From positions 21,023 through 85,022 of the IMG/VR virus record IMGVR_UViG_3300045988_130119: a stretch of 64,000 bases of DNA. One strand, written 5' to 3'. The notes beneath the pieces were generated by a model, which saw nothing but the letters and a program-made list of their open reading frames with translations, was not told where the DNA came from and searched no databases. This DNA comes from a virus. This document shows, piece by piece, positions 1 to 8,657 of this stretch; the first letter of the stretch is position 1, and every line of letters begins with the position of its first letter. The translations under genes were made by a program, and so were the position numbers.

Positions 1-170
1 TGAAGAACTACCCTCGTACATATTTATTTCTTTTAGCTTTGGTTTTGCCATAAAGTCACTACAGAATTCACATGTACCAATATCAAGTTTGTACGTACCA
101 TCTACAGAACTTCCACACATAAACTCGTTACATTGTTCACCTGGTCTTGGACAGTTTGTATTTTCCGCAT
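1..170 (-). CDS. Cys-rich hypothetical protein (partial, continues beyond window start)
   Basis: ATG at 168-170 (minus) preceded by AAAGGAGGT SD; open frame runs to position 1; MNAENTNCPRPGEQCNEFMCG... Confidence 0.4.
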
Positions 171-232
171 TCATTTTCTTACCTCCTTTAAAATTATCTT
201 CGAAAATTATGTTTATATAATCTGTTATCTCG

Positions 233-490
233 TTAATATTCATAATCTGGTTCATCCGGGTCTGTTAAATCCATGCCAAGAATACATCCAATTTCATAAG
301 CAGCCCATGATCTTCCAGAATCACTTCCGTCTTCAAAACAATCATCAAAATTCCCACGAGAACGTTCTGCCGTCCATCCAGTTGTATAGTTCTTATAATT
401 TTTATTTACCCATTTCTTTAATTCATTTTCTACTGTTTTATCCATGTTTTTATTCTCCTTTAATATATTAACTTTCCAATAAAATTGCAT
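233..490 (-). CDS. hypothetical phage protein, paralog of 39971..40282
   Basis: ORF track; shares AAYEIGCILGM/KNY motif block with 39971..40282 product. Confidence 0.5.
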   Translation of the reverse strand: MQFYWKVNILKENKNMDKTVENELKKWVNKNYKNYTTGWTAERSRGNFDDCFEDGSDSGRSWAAYEIGCILGMDLTDPDEPDYEY

Positions 491-607
491 ACCGGATGTT
501 CTTTTTTGAATTCATCAATTCTATCACATTGCATATTCGCTTTACGCCAGTCCCCCATCCATATATAGAAGCCTAATCAATACCTTAACTGCATTACGTA
601 CCTTAAA

Positions 608-862
608 TTATCCATTGTTTTGCTCATACTCTTTGTCAATTTTCATTTCTTTCCACTTTACTTTAGACATATATTTCTCTAGCTTACATTTAGGGCAATA
701 AATAACATATGTACCATTTTTCATTTTTTCTACAAGCTTCCACTCATGCTTACAATCTTTTTGTTCATCTGTAACTTTATATGATTTGTCCAGCATTTTG
801 CTTAAAAAACATAAGGATATTATTGTACCAATTAGTAGCACTAAAAAGTTTGTATCACTCAT
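608..862 (-). CDS. small membrane-anchored zinc-ribbon protein
   Basis: N-terminal hydrophobic segment, CxxC...CPKCK; GAGGTG SD upstream. Confidence 0.4.
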   Translation of the reverse strand: MSDTNFLVLLIGTIISLCFLSKMLDKSYKVTDEQKDCKHEWKLVEKMKNGTYVIYCPKCKLEKYMSKVKWKEMKIDKEYEQNNG

Positions 863-900
863 TTGACACCTCGTTTCAATGAAATTTCTCTTCTATTTAA

Positions 901-1164
901 TTAACTATTATTTATTTCCAACACATGGAGAATGTCTTTTTCGTTATTATATGTTGTATCACAATCACTTCTAACTAAGAGTTCATTATCTAAATCATTT
1001 TGTAATCTAACTAAATCATTAATATTAGCAATTTCTATAGTTAATCGACTGATTCTCTCATTTTCATATGGATAATCAACTAGTGGATTAAACTCTTTTA
1101 AAATCGGATATTTCTGAAGTATTATTCTCCCAAAATCTGCCAAATCTTCTACTGTAAATCTCAT
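901..1164 (-). CDS. hypothetical protein
   Basis: ORF track; GAGGTGA SD; palindromic motif immediately upstream. Confidence 0.4.
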   Translation of the reverse strand: MRFTVEDLADFGRIILQKYPILKEFNPLVDYPYENERISRLTIEIANINDLVRLQNDLDNELLVRSDCDTTYNNEKDILHVLEINNS

Positions 1165-1226
1165 TTATTTTTCACCTCACGAAACGGACGTTTCATTAAC
1201 TTTTACTCTACATATAACGCTCACTT

Positions 1227-1547
1227 TTATCGTAAATTTTCGCCACCATAAACTTCTTCTGAAAACTCACAAATATCTTCTACTCTTTTTGCGCTATACC
1301 TTTCCTCTGATTCTCCATAAGCATCTTGTACTAAAATCTGATAAGTTTCTGTCTCAAAATCATACTCTACATCGTCAACACTTTTAGGAATCTCTTCTTC
1401 ATCTATTTCTGCATATCTAAATTTATCTCCGTTTTGTGCCATAAATAATAACTTTTCTTTCACTTCACCAGATGATCCATAAAATCTATAAAGTTCTATT
1501 TCTTCATCATCACTGACTGATTTTATTATAATCCATTCTGTTTTCAT
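1227..1547 (-). CDS. hypothetical acidic protein
   Basis: ORF track; GAAGGAG SD; ATGAAA-N6-TTTCAT palindrome 15 nt upstream. Confidence 0.4.
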   Translation of the reverse strand: MKTEWIIIKSVSDDEEIELYRFYGSSGEVKEKLLFMAQNGDKFRYAEIDEEEIPKSVDDVEYDFETETYQILVQDAYGESEERYSAKRVEDICEFSEEVYGGENLR

Positions 1548-1779
1548 ATTATTTCTCCTTCATGAAATCTATCTTTCATCTGTATTTTGGTGTGGATTTT
1601 CACCACACATGTATATCTCTATACAAGCAGAGGTACTATTAACGTGGCTGCCAAGGATGAAGAACCATCGTACTCATGTGTTACCATCCCATGCGCTGCT
1701 CTATCGTAAACTTAATTACATTTCTCGCTACTTGACAGATGCTTTATGTCTACATATTCCATCACAAAATACAAATCAT

Positions 1780-2385
1780 TTAAAAATTACTTGTTTTTAC
1801 TCTACAAATACGTTCACATTTGGCGTAAATTTTGCCGTTTTGTTTGTTGGAATACTTTTTTACTAACTCTTTAATTTTCTCGCTAATATCTTCCTTATTT
1901 ACGTCAATTTCATAAGCATATATACACGTTTCATCGTTACATGCTTCTTTCATAACTTTAATAAGATCTACGATTTCTGTCTCTATTTCTTTCTTATCGT
2001 GCTCTTTCTTCAACTGTTTGAGGACTTCAACAACTCGTTCAGGGTATTTTTTCGAAAATTCACCGCAGGAAATATCTTCACCATTATTATCTCTACTGAA
2101 CTTGCATTCAGAACAGGGAATATTTTCACACATTTCATACTTAAGTCTAATTGCCCCTTCTGCTGTCAGTTCGTCTAATAGTTCGCACTCTGATTCAAGA
2201 CCAATTCTCCAAACATGTTTATCGCCACAATCTACGTTAAAACCGTCTTTGTAACAAGTAAGACCATCTGTAGAAGGTTTATTAGTAACAATACCAATTT
2301 TCCCCTCTGCTCCACGACAACCATCAGTTGTTATAACAATTTTAATTTTATCTCCAACTTTATACTTCATAATCCTCTTCTCCAA
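1780..2385 (-). CDS. hypothetical Cys-rich protein
   Basis: ORF track; N-terminus YKVGDKIKI resembles N-terminus of 51342..52211 product. Confidence 0.4.
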   Translation of the reverse strand: MEKRIMKYKVGDKIKIVITTDGCRGAEGKIGIVTNKPSTDGLTCYKDGFNVDCGDKHVWRIGLESECELLDELTAEGAIRLKYEMCENIPCSECKFSRDNNGEDISCGEFSKKYPERVVEVLKQLKKEHDKKEIETEIVDLIKVMKEACNDETCIYAYEIDVNKEDISEKIKELVKKYSNKQNGKIYAKCERICRVKTSNF

Positions 2386-2414
2386 TCTTCATTTAGTTGC
2401 AACATTATAGATCA

Positions 2415-2618
2415 TCAATCATAATCATAATCTCCTAACTCAACTTCCTTATCACATAAAGGGCAATTACAATACGCCCCATCGCCCCAATAATCCGTTT
2501 TGAAGTCTACATCTGAAAACGGAATCGTCACATCACTAAAACAATGAGGACACGTAAACTCAACTTCGGCAGGTTTACTTATAATTGTGTAATCTATTGG
2601 ATTATTTTCATCAATCAT
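2415..2618 (-). CDS. zinc-ribbon protein
   Basis: CPHC...CNCPLC motifs. Confidence 0.35.
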   Translation of the reverse strand: MIDENNPIDYTIISKPAEVEFTCPHCFSDVTIPFSDVDFKTDYWGDGAYCNCPLCDKEVELGDYDYD

Positions 2619-2621
2619 TTT

Positions 2622-3077
2622 TCACCCCATCAATTCAAATCTATACTTCTGTTTCACATTTGGATATTTTTCATGATCAACCTTGCTAACAAACATCCCG
2701 TAAGGTCTACTCCAAATAGTTCCGTCCTGACATTTATAAACCACATAAAACTGTCCTGGTGATTCTGTATCTTGTGCGATATGCAAAACCCTAACTATAT
2801 GTCCTTTAAAATGTCTGTAGACTTGTCCTGCAACAACATTTCTATCATTGTCTACTGGGACTTTTTTCTTGAAATATTTCTCGCAATCTGCAAGGTCACA
2901 TTTATCATTTAGAAGAGGATGGTTTTTTCTCCAATCTTTGATTTCTTGCACTTCTGCATGTTCATGTCGAGGTTCAAGTCCTCCCCATCCGTTAAAGATT
3001 AACGAATCCATGTTTTCCAATGTATAATCATCATCTACATCTACAAAATATCCGCTGATTTTAAATATCTTCGCCAT
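2622..3077 (-). CDS. hypothetical protein
   Basis: ORF track, AGGAGGA SD. Confidence 0.4.
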   Translation of the reverse strand: MAKIFKISGYFVDVDDDYTLENMDSLIFNGWGGLEPRHEHAEVQEIKDWRKNHPLLNDKCDLADCEKYFKKKVPVDNDRNVVAGQVYRHFKGHIVRVLHIAQDTESPGQFYVVYKCQDGTIWSRPYGMFVSKVDHEKYPNVKQKYRFELMG

Positions 3078-3078
3078 A

Positions 3079-3525
3079 TTAATCCTCCTTCTCTTTTAAC
3101 AATTCAGGATTGTCAAAAATGTTACCAATAATTTCAATTTCTACCACATCCGCCCAATATCCTAAATCTTTCCTTAACTTCACAGAACTATCTTCTGACC
3201 AATCTGCATAAAATCCAACATTGGTAAAAACCCTACCATCAAAGCCAATCTGATATGTTCCGTACTTGATTGACGCATATTTGTCAAACACACGACACTT
3301 AAAAATATCATTCTCCCAAATCTTCTCGCCATTCCAATCTGTCAGTCCTGTATACTGACAAATGGTATCTTCATCAATCAAGTAGTTGTTTTGTCTGCAC
3401 GTATCAGAATTGTTGATGTCATATAGAAAATATGTACCGTACTTTTTGACTATATATCCCTCTACCCATTCGCCACCATCAACTTTCTTCGCTCTAAAAA
3501 GTATTTCTCTACTCATAACTGTCAA
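3079..3525 (-). CDS. YopX-family phage protein
   Basis: N-terminal EILFRAKKVDGGEWVEGY motif typical of YopX family. Confidence 0.55.
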   Translation of the reverse strand: MTVMSREILFRAKKVDGGEWVEGYIVKKYGTYFLYDINNSDTCRQNNYLIDEDTICQYTGLTDWNGEKIWENDIFKCRVFDKYASIKYGTYQIGFDGRVFTNVGFYADWSEDSSVKLRKDLGYWADVVEIEIIGNIFDNPELLKEKED

Positions 3526-3991
3526 CCACCTCCAACTTTTTCAGATCCTCGATAAGCCACGGTTCAGTGTCACCCCACTGTATCATTGGGAATTCTATAT
3601 TGTATCTTAAAGCCAAGTGACAATCACTGCTATGCCAAACATTATTTTTTGATTTATACGGCTCTGATTTGTATGTAAATAATTTACCATCTTTATCTCT
3701 TGAAATGTATTCAAATCCATCTTTAAGATACTCCAAAAATGCTCTATCCCTCTTGCTTATCACAGGCTTTTCGATGTACTCGGATTCAGCCCATTTTCTT
3801 CTTGCTGTATAACATTCATCTCCGTTACTAAATCTAAATGCACATTTATAGCATCTGATGCTATTACATTTTATTGGCTTTGCAGTATCCTTAGATAATG
3901 CAATATTGCTTCCATTACAAGCGATTTCTATAATTTCCTCTGCGTACTTCTCTTTATTCTTCATCTCTTCCACCTCGCTTAACAATCTCAA
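3509..3991 (-). CDS. hypothetical protein
   Basis: ORF track. Confidence 0.4.
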   Translation of the reverse strand: MRLLSEVEEMKNKEKYAEEIIEIACNGSNIALSKDTAKPIKCNSIRCYKCAFRFSNGDECYTARRKWAESEYIEKPVISKRDRAFLEYLKDGFEYISRDKDGKLFTYKSEPYKSKNNVWHSSDCHLALRYNIEFPMIQWGDTEPWLIEDLKKLEVVDSYE

Positions 3992-4007
3992 TGGCTCTAT
4001 CTAATCC

Positions 4008-4325
4008 TCAACAGAATAAATCATCACATTCTACATCCATATCATGTTTTTCAGCATAATTCTCATAATCTTCGTAAGAAGAATCTCTTTCTTCCTCAAG
4101 CTGCTTAATAATATTTTCCGTATCGAACGCTGTTGGCTGACAACAAATCATATGTATAAAATGGTCATGTTCGCTTTTATGATTTGTGTATACATTTCTA
4201 TTTTTATGACAATTATTCTTTCTACTCTCTTCTACACACTTAATAAGTTCATCTGCATAAATTGTTTTCATCTTCTGTCTCCTCCTTGTCAAGTGTTCCA
4301 TAATAAATCCAATATATCGAATCAA
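4008..4325 (-). CDS. hypothetical protein
   Basis: ORF track; AATGAA-CT-TTCATT palindrome about 60 nt upstream. Confidence 0.35.
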   Translation of the reverse strand: MIRYIGFIMEHLTRRRQKMKTIYADELIKCVEESRKNNCHKNRNVYTNHKSEHDHFIHMICCQPTAFDTENIIKQLEEERDSSYEDYENYAEKHDMDVECDDLFC

Positions 4326-4400
4326 GACTTACAAACATATCATTTCCTTCAAATCTAATATATTTAGGTTTCTCCTCTCCAAAATGAACTTTCATTAATC

Positions 4401-4697
4401 TCACTCCAAATCACTTTTTAACATATCTGCCTTAATCAGTTCATAGACTATATCCAGTGCCGTTCGCATATCTGAGTATCTGCAATTTGGTCTTGTATGT
4501 ATTCGTGGATCATCATCATTCCAATCCATTACATCAAAATATGAATTACTGACAAATAACATCTTGCTTCCTCTAGCAATGCAGAGATAATAACATTCTG
4601 ATTCTTTTGGAATACCTTTACATCTTTTAAATCCGAACTTCTTGAACTCACTGGCTTTTACTTTTGGTACTAGCATATTATTCTCCTTCAAATACAA
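4401..4697 (-). CDS. hypothetical protein
   Basis: ORF track. Confidence 0.35.
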   Translation of the reverse strand: MYLKENNMLVPKVKASEFKKFGFKRCKGIPKESECYYLCIARGSKMLFVSNSYFDVMDWNDDDPRIHTRPNCRYSDMRTALDIVYELIKADMLKSDLE

Positions 4698-4908
4698 TCA
4701 CATTTTCTCTAATTGCTTCTCTGATATTTTCATGTAGCTCGTCCAAATCCCATCCATCGGCATATGTAAATAAATTATCTTCCCCATCTTCTGTAAATGG
4801 TAATCCTTGTGCAACCCAAAATTTCAAATCACTATCAAAGCCAGTATCTTTAAAAATCTCACAATTATATAATTCCTCTAATTGCTTTTTAGAATATTTA
4901 TTCTTCAT
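4678..4908 (-). CDS. hypothetical protein
   Basis: ORF track. Confidence 0.35.
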   Translation of the reverse strand: MKNKYSKKQLEELYNCEIFKDTGFDSDLKFWVAQGLPFTEDGEDNLFTYADGWDLDELHENIREAIRENVIVFEGE

Positions 4909-4940
4909 ATTATTTTGTTTCTCCTTATGAAATTCGGATT

Positions 4941-5378
4941 TTATCTACCTCCAAAATACAACCACCATTTCTTAACTTTCAGATTAATCTTGTTTTCTTT
5001 GAGAAGTCTGATTCTATTATTGTTAGCTTCATATACAGAAATTTGTTCCTCTACCAATTTGTCTGATTTCAATTCTGGATACATGGAAACTAATGTAATA
5101 GGACTTTCTGATTTTATTTTTTCATATGTATCAGATTCATAGTTCATATAATTGGAAACTAATGTGTCGATTTGTTTCTCTATTTTATTATTCTCTTCTT
5201 GATACATTAAAATTTTTTCGTCTATAATTCGTCCATTGATTACAGAAGTTCCTAAAAATATACCAATGACAAGCAATACGACGATACATACTTCGGAAAA
5301 TTCAACAACTTCTTGTTTGTCAGTGATACAAGCTACAATCAATGCGATGATTGAAATTATAATAAACAATGCAATCAT
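4941..5378 (-). CDS. membrane protein (N-terminal TM helices, coiled-coil tail)
   Basis: Two hydrophobic segments in first 55 aa. Confidence 0.4.
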   Translation of the reverse strand: MIALFIIISIIALIVACITDKQEVVEFSEVCIVVLLVIGIFLGTSVINGRIIDEKILMYQEENNKIEKQIDTLVSNYMNYESDTYEKIKSESPITLVSMYPELKSDKLVEEQISVYEANNNRIRLLKENKINLKVKKWWLYFGGR

Positions 5379-5538
5379 TTATTTTATTCTCCTATTGTTA
5401 TATTGATTTTGCGCATTCTTCTACTTCTCTTCTAATATATTTAGTCGAAAAATCATACTTAACATTTCTTCCATCTTCAAAATCAAAGACAAGAAATTGT
5501 TTTTCTTTATATACTCTCATTTAATCACCATACTTTTA

Positions 5539-6102
5539 TCATTGTAAAATTTCGTCAACAACACCATATTTCTCCGCTTCATCAGAATGAATATAAAATT
5601 TCTCTTTCTTTTCACGGATCTCTTTGATATCATCTTTTGTAAAATTAGTTCTATCAATTACAAATTCTTCATTCTTTTCATTTAACCAATCCATCTCTTC
5701 TTTGTCTTCTACTAAATCTTGATATTTTTCATTTGTCAAACAACTCATCTGATGATACATAAACGTAGAATGTTTATAGCAATATCTCTTATGCCCTGCT
5801 AAGAAAATCTTGAAAGCTGCACTCATGGCATAACCAATACAATATGTATAAATTGGTGTCTTGCTGGTTGTGATAATGTCAATCAATCCCCACATGTCAT
5901 AAACTTTTCCACCATACGAATTGATATAAATTTTAATTGGTTCACGTTTATAGTCTTTTTCTTTCTTGTCTTTCTCATCATCTTCTGCAAGCTGATGTAA
6001 GATGTTCCATGTAAGTTGTCCGATTGATTCATTATCTACGTCATCTGATAGAAAATATAATCTCTTTCCCGTGTTTGCGTAAGTATTATCTTTAGTTCCC
6101 AT
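5539..6102 (-). CDS. ClpP-family serine protease
   Basis: YINSYGG...CIGYAMSAA...MYHQ: ClpP-like Ser/His arrangement. Confidence 0.6.
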   Translation of the reverse strand: MGTKDNTYANTGKRLYFLSDDVDNESIGQLTWNILHQLAEDDEKDKKEKDYKREPIKIYINSYGGKVYDMWGLIDIITTSKTPIYTYCIGYAMSAAFKIFLAGHKRYCYKHSTFMYHQMSCLTNEKYQDLVEDKEEMDWLNEKNEEFVIDRTNFTKDDIKEIREKKEKFYIHSDEAEKYGVVDEILQ

Positions 6103-6123
6103 TGGTCTATACTCCTTTATTCT

Positions 6124-6366
6124 TTATTCCCATAACCTAATTTCTCGCTCAATGCACAGTCTTTCCAATATAGCAGCTTTTTCATCAAGATACTTTTCAT
6201 ATCTTTCTTGCTCTGCAATGTCTACGGAATCGTAACCTCGTTCATACATTTTTTCCGCTTCACTTCCAAGACAATCATCAACTGCATCATAATATGCATC
6301 TTCCAAGTCTTTATCAGACAATTCATCTGCCAATTTGGTCAACTGTATTCTTTCTCTTCTTTTCAT
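6124..6366 (-). CDS. hypothetical acidic protein
   Basis: ORF track; AATGAAA-N6-TTTCATT palindrome 18 nt upstream. Confidence 0.35.
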   Translation of the reverse strand: MKRRERIQLTKLADELSDKDLEDAYYDAVDDCLGSEAEKMYERGYDSVDIAEQERYEKYLDEKAAILERLCIEREIRLWE

Positions 6367-6412
6367 ATCTCTTACTTTCTTTTAATGAAAACGAACTTTC
6401 ATTCAGTTCTTA

Positions 6413-6670
6413 CTATTTCTTCACAAAGCCAATTGTCTCAAAAAGATTACTCAATTCTTTATAATGCTCTTCTTTGCATTCACTACATAAATTTCCTTTG
6501 TAATAATAAGGTGTCCCATTTATAACAATACGTTCAAAGATACGTCCGATTTCCTTACAACATCCATCATAATACTCTTTGACTTCACCTAAGTATTCTC
6601 CACATCTATCACAATAGAACTTATGAATTTTTCTTTTTTCTTCTATAATCTTTTCTTCTACCTTTTCCAT
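6413..6670 (-). CDS. zinc-ribbon protein
   Basis: CDRCG...CSEC motifs. Confidence 0.35.
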   Translation of the reverse strand: MEKVEEKIIEEKRKIHKFYCDRCGEYLGEVKEYYDGCCKEIGRIFERIVINGTPYYYKGNLCSECKEEHYKELSNLFETIGFVKK

Positions 6671-6866
6671 AATTGTCTCCCTCTGTAAGGATAATGAATT
6701 TTATCCATAACTTTTGATACCAATGTAAATTCTCTCCATACAAATCTTTTATAAGTCTATATGAATTCTTCATGTAATACACGATCTCTTCTGCCTGTTT
6801 GCTTCTTTTACTATCCATTGATTCGATTGATTCTAAAACACTCCCATTTTTAAATTTAATTTCCAT
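6621..6866 (-). CDS. hypothetical protein (overlaps 6413..6670, boundaries uncertain)
   Basis: ORF track. Confidence 0.3.
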   Translation of the reverse strand: MEIKFKNGSVLESIESMDSKRSKQAEEIVYYMKNSYRLIKDLYGENLHWYQKLWIKFIILTEGDNYGKGRRKDYRRKKKNS

Positions 6867-7704
6867 AGCAATCTCTGCTTTCTGTCATAGCATAAGAGTT
6901 CATTACATTTTTCAGCAATGTAACTCTTGTAAGCAATCCCACACCACCAGGAACAGGAGTTACATAGCAACATCCGAAAAAATAGTCATCAATATCTTCT
7001 TTGTCAATGTCTCCACACAGCTTGCCATTTTCTTCCATGTTGATTCCAACATCTACAATAATAGCGTCAAAATCAAAGTCAAAAGAATTAAATTCTTTGG
7101 GCTTTCCAATAGCAGAGATAACAATGTCTGACATCTTCATAAATTGCTCCATGTGATATTTTTCCGTTTTACTATTACAACTAATTACTGTCGCACCTTT
7201 TTCAATAAGCATATTTGCTAGAGGCTTTCCTACTATCTCACTTCTTCCTAATACAGTTACTAACTTACCTCTTAAATCAATATCATTAGCTTCGAGCCAA
7301 TCAATGATTCCCTGTGGAGTACATGGATTATGAAGCGAATCTTTTCTGAAACCATCTACATCTTTTTCTGGACTAATAAACTGTTGCAATGTTTTTACAT
7401 TGTATTTGTCTGGAATAGGAAGCTGAACAATAATTCCATCAACTTCCTTTGAATTGTCAAGTTCTTTAATGATTTTGCACAAGTCTGATTCGTCAAGATT
7501 TTCATAATCTGTAATATGTACATGATTGAACTTGATACCAACATACTCACAATCTTTTCTTTTGCCATTTACATAAGAGTTGCTTGCTTTGTTGTCCCCA
7601 ATCTGAATTACTGTAAGGCAAGGTTTTCTTTCTAAAGTTTTACACTGTTCTTTTAGTGATTCCTTTAGATTTGCTGCGTACTCTTTGCATGAAATTTTAA
7701 TCAT
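6856..7704 (-). CDS. folD: bifunctional methylenetetrahydrofolate dehydrogenase/cyclohydrolase
   Basis: Full-length colinear match to FolD pattern: QIGDNKASNSYV...IVQLPIP...PCTPQGI...VLGRSEIVGKPLANML...GINMEENGKLCGDID...TPVPGGVGLLT. Confidence 0.85.
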   Translation of the reverse strand: MIKISCKEYAANLKESLKEQCKTLERKPCLTVIQIGDNKASNSYVNGKRKDCEYVGIKFNHVHITDYENLDESDLCKIIKELDNSKEVDGIIVQLPIPDKYNVKTLQQFISPEKDVDGFRKDSLHNPCTPQGIIDWLEANDIDLRGKLVTVLGRSEIVGKPLANMLIEKGATVISCNSKTEKYHMEQFMKMSDIVISAIGKPKEFNSFDFDFDAIIVDVGINMEENGKLCGDIDKEDIDDYFFGCCYVTPVPGGVGLLTRVTLLKNVMNSYAMTESRDCYGN

Positions 7705-7769
7705 ATGTTTCTCCTATCTTCATTTTTTATGAAATCCTTCGCTTAATTCTATATCCATTTATTCTCCTT

Positions 7770-8120
7770 TTATCTCATCTTACTTGCAATCTGTCTAATT
7801 GTAACGATGGCATTTGATATCATATCATCAATTATTAATGGGTCTTCTGTTTTACTGTGCAAATCTTCATTCCAATACCACTGCTTCATTTCACCTACAC
7901 ATTTTTCGACAAATTCATCAATCGTCTGCTTTCGTAATTTATCAGTACGAAGATTTAATTCTACAATTGGAATAGTGATTAATTCTTGTCCTTCATCTGT
8001 ACAAAGATAAGTTGGGCTTCTCAGCCATGTTTTTGCCATTTTTACCACCTCCGTTGAAATCGACCTTTCATCCGAAAATAACGTCCAAAAAAGCCCCATT
8101 TTAAGGGAAATTTTGGACAT
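7770..8120 (-). CDS. hypothetical protein
   Basis: ORF track. Confidence 0.35.
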   Translation of the reverse strand: MSKISLKMGLFWTLFSDERSISTEVVKMAKTWLRSPTYLCTDEGQELITIPIVELNLRTDKLRKQTIDEFVEKCVGEMKQWYWNEDLHSKTEDPLIIDDMISNAIVTIRQIASKMR

Positions 8121-8126
8121 GATTTT

Positions 8127-8651
8127 TTATCTAATACGCAGAGACTCTCCTTGTGGCTCTAAATGACACCATTCACAGTTTATAGACCCATCTTGACCTT
8201 CAAGACCATTTTCTTTTAAGTACTCTCTTAATTTATCTCCATCAACTGCATCTGGCTGCTTAATTCTATATTCTTTAGGAAGATTTTCTACATCTACATC
8301 GATTGTAAGTTTTCTTTTTCCTCCATTTTTCTGAATATTAAATGAAAATAAATCAGTTGTAAATTTTTTCTTTCCAGTTAATCTCATGCAATTTTCCAAA
8401 TTTTGTTTAAGCCATTTGATCCTATTTTCATATGTTCTTTTACGAGAATACAATCGATTGTTTTCTTTCTGAATACCTTCAATATCTGCTTCTAAGGATT
8501 TAATAATTTTCGCATAACCATCTGCTTTCTCTTCAATTTCATACTCAACTCCTTCGAGAGTATCCAAAATTGTTTGTTCGTCAACTTCTTCATCTTCTAA
8601 CGTGTCTAATAATTGAAGAAATTCATCTGTAAGATCGTAAATATTTGCCAT
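8127..8651 (-). CDS. hypothetical coiled-coil protein
   Basis: ORF track. Confidence 0.4.
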   Translation of the reverse strand: MANIYDLTDEFLQLLDTLEDEEVDEQTILDTLEGVEYEIEEKADGYAKIIKSLEADIEGIQKENNRLYSRKRTYENRIKWLKQNLENCMRLTGKKKFTTDLFSFNIQKNGGKRKLTIDVDVENLPKEYRIKQPDAVDGDKLREYLKENGLEGQDGSINCEWCHLEPQGESLRIR

Positions 8652-8657
8652 ATAAAT

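Noticed and set aside
133-471. Plus-strand ORFs overlapping minus-strand genes throughout the window (e.g. 133..471, 8851..9075, 12348..12704, 31488..31856, 39946..40458, 59650..60030)
   Set aside because: They lie antisense to longer ORFs that have SD sequences and recognisable domains. They have low-complexity, hydrophobic compositions typical of AT-rich antisense frames, and no SD.
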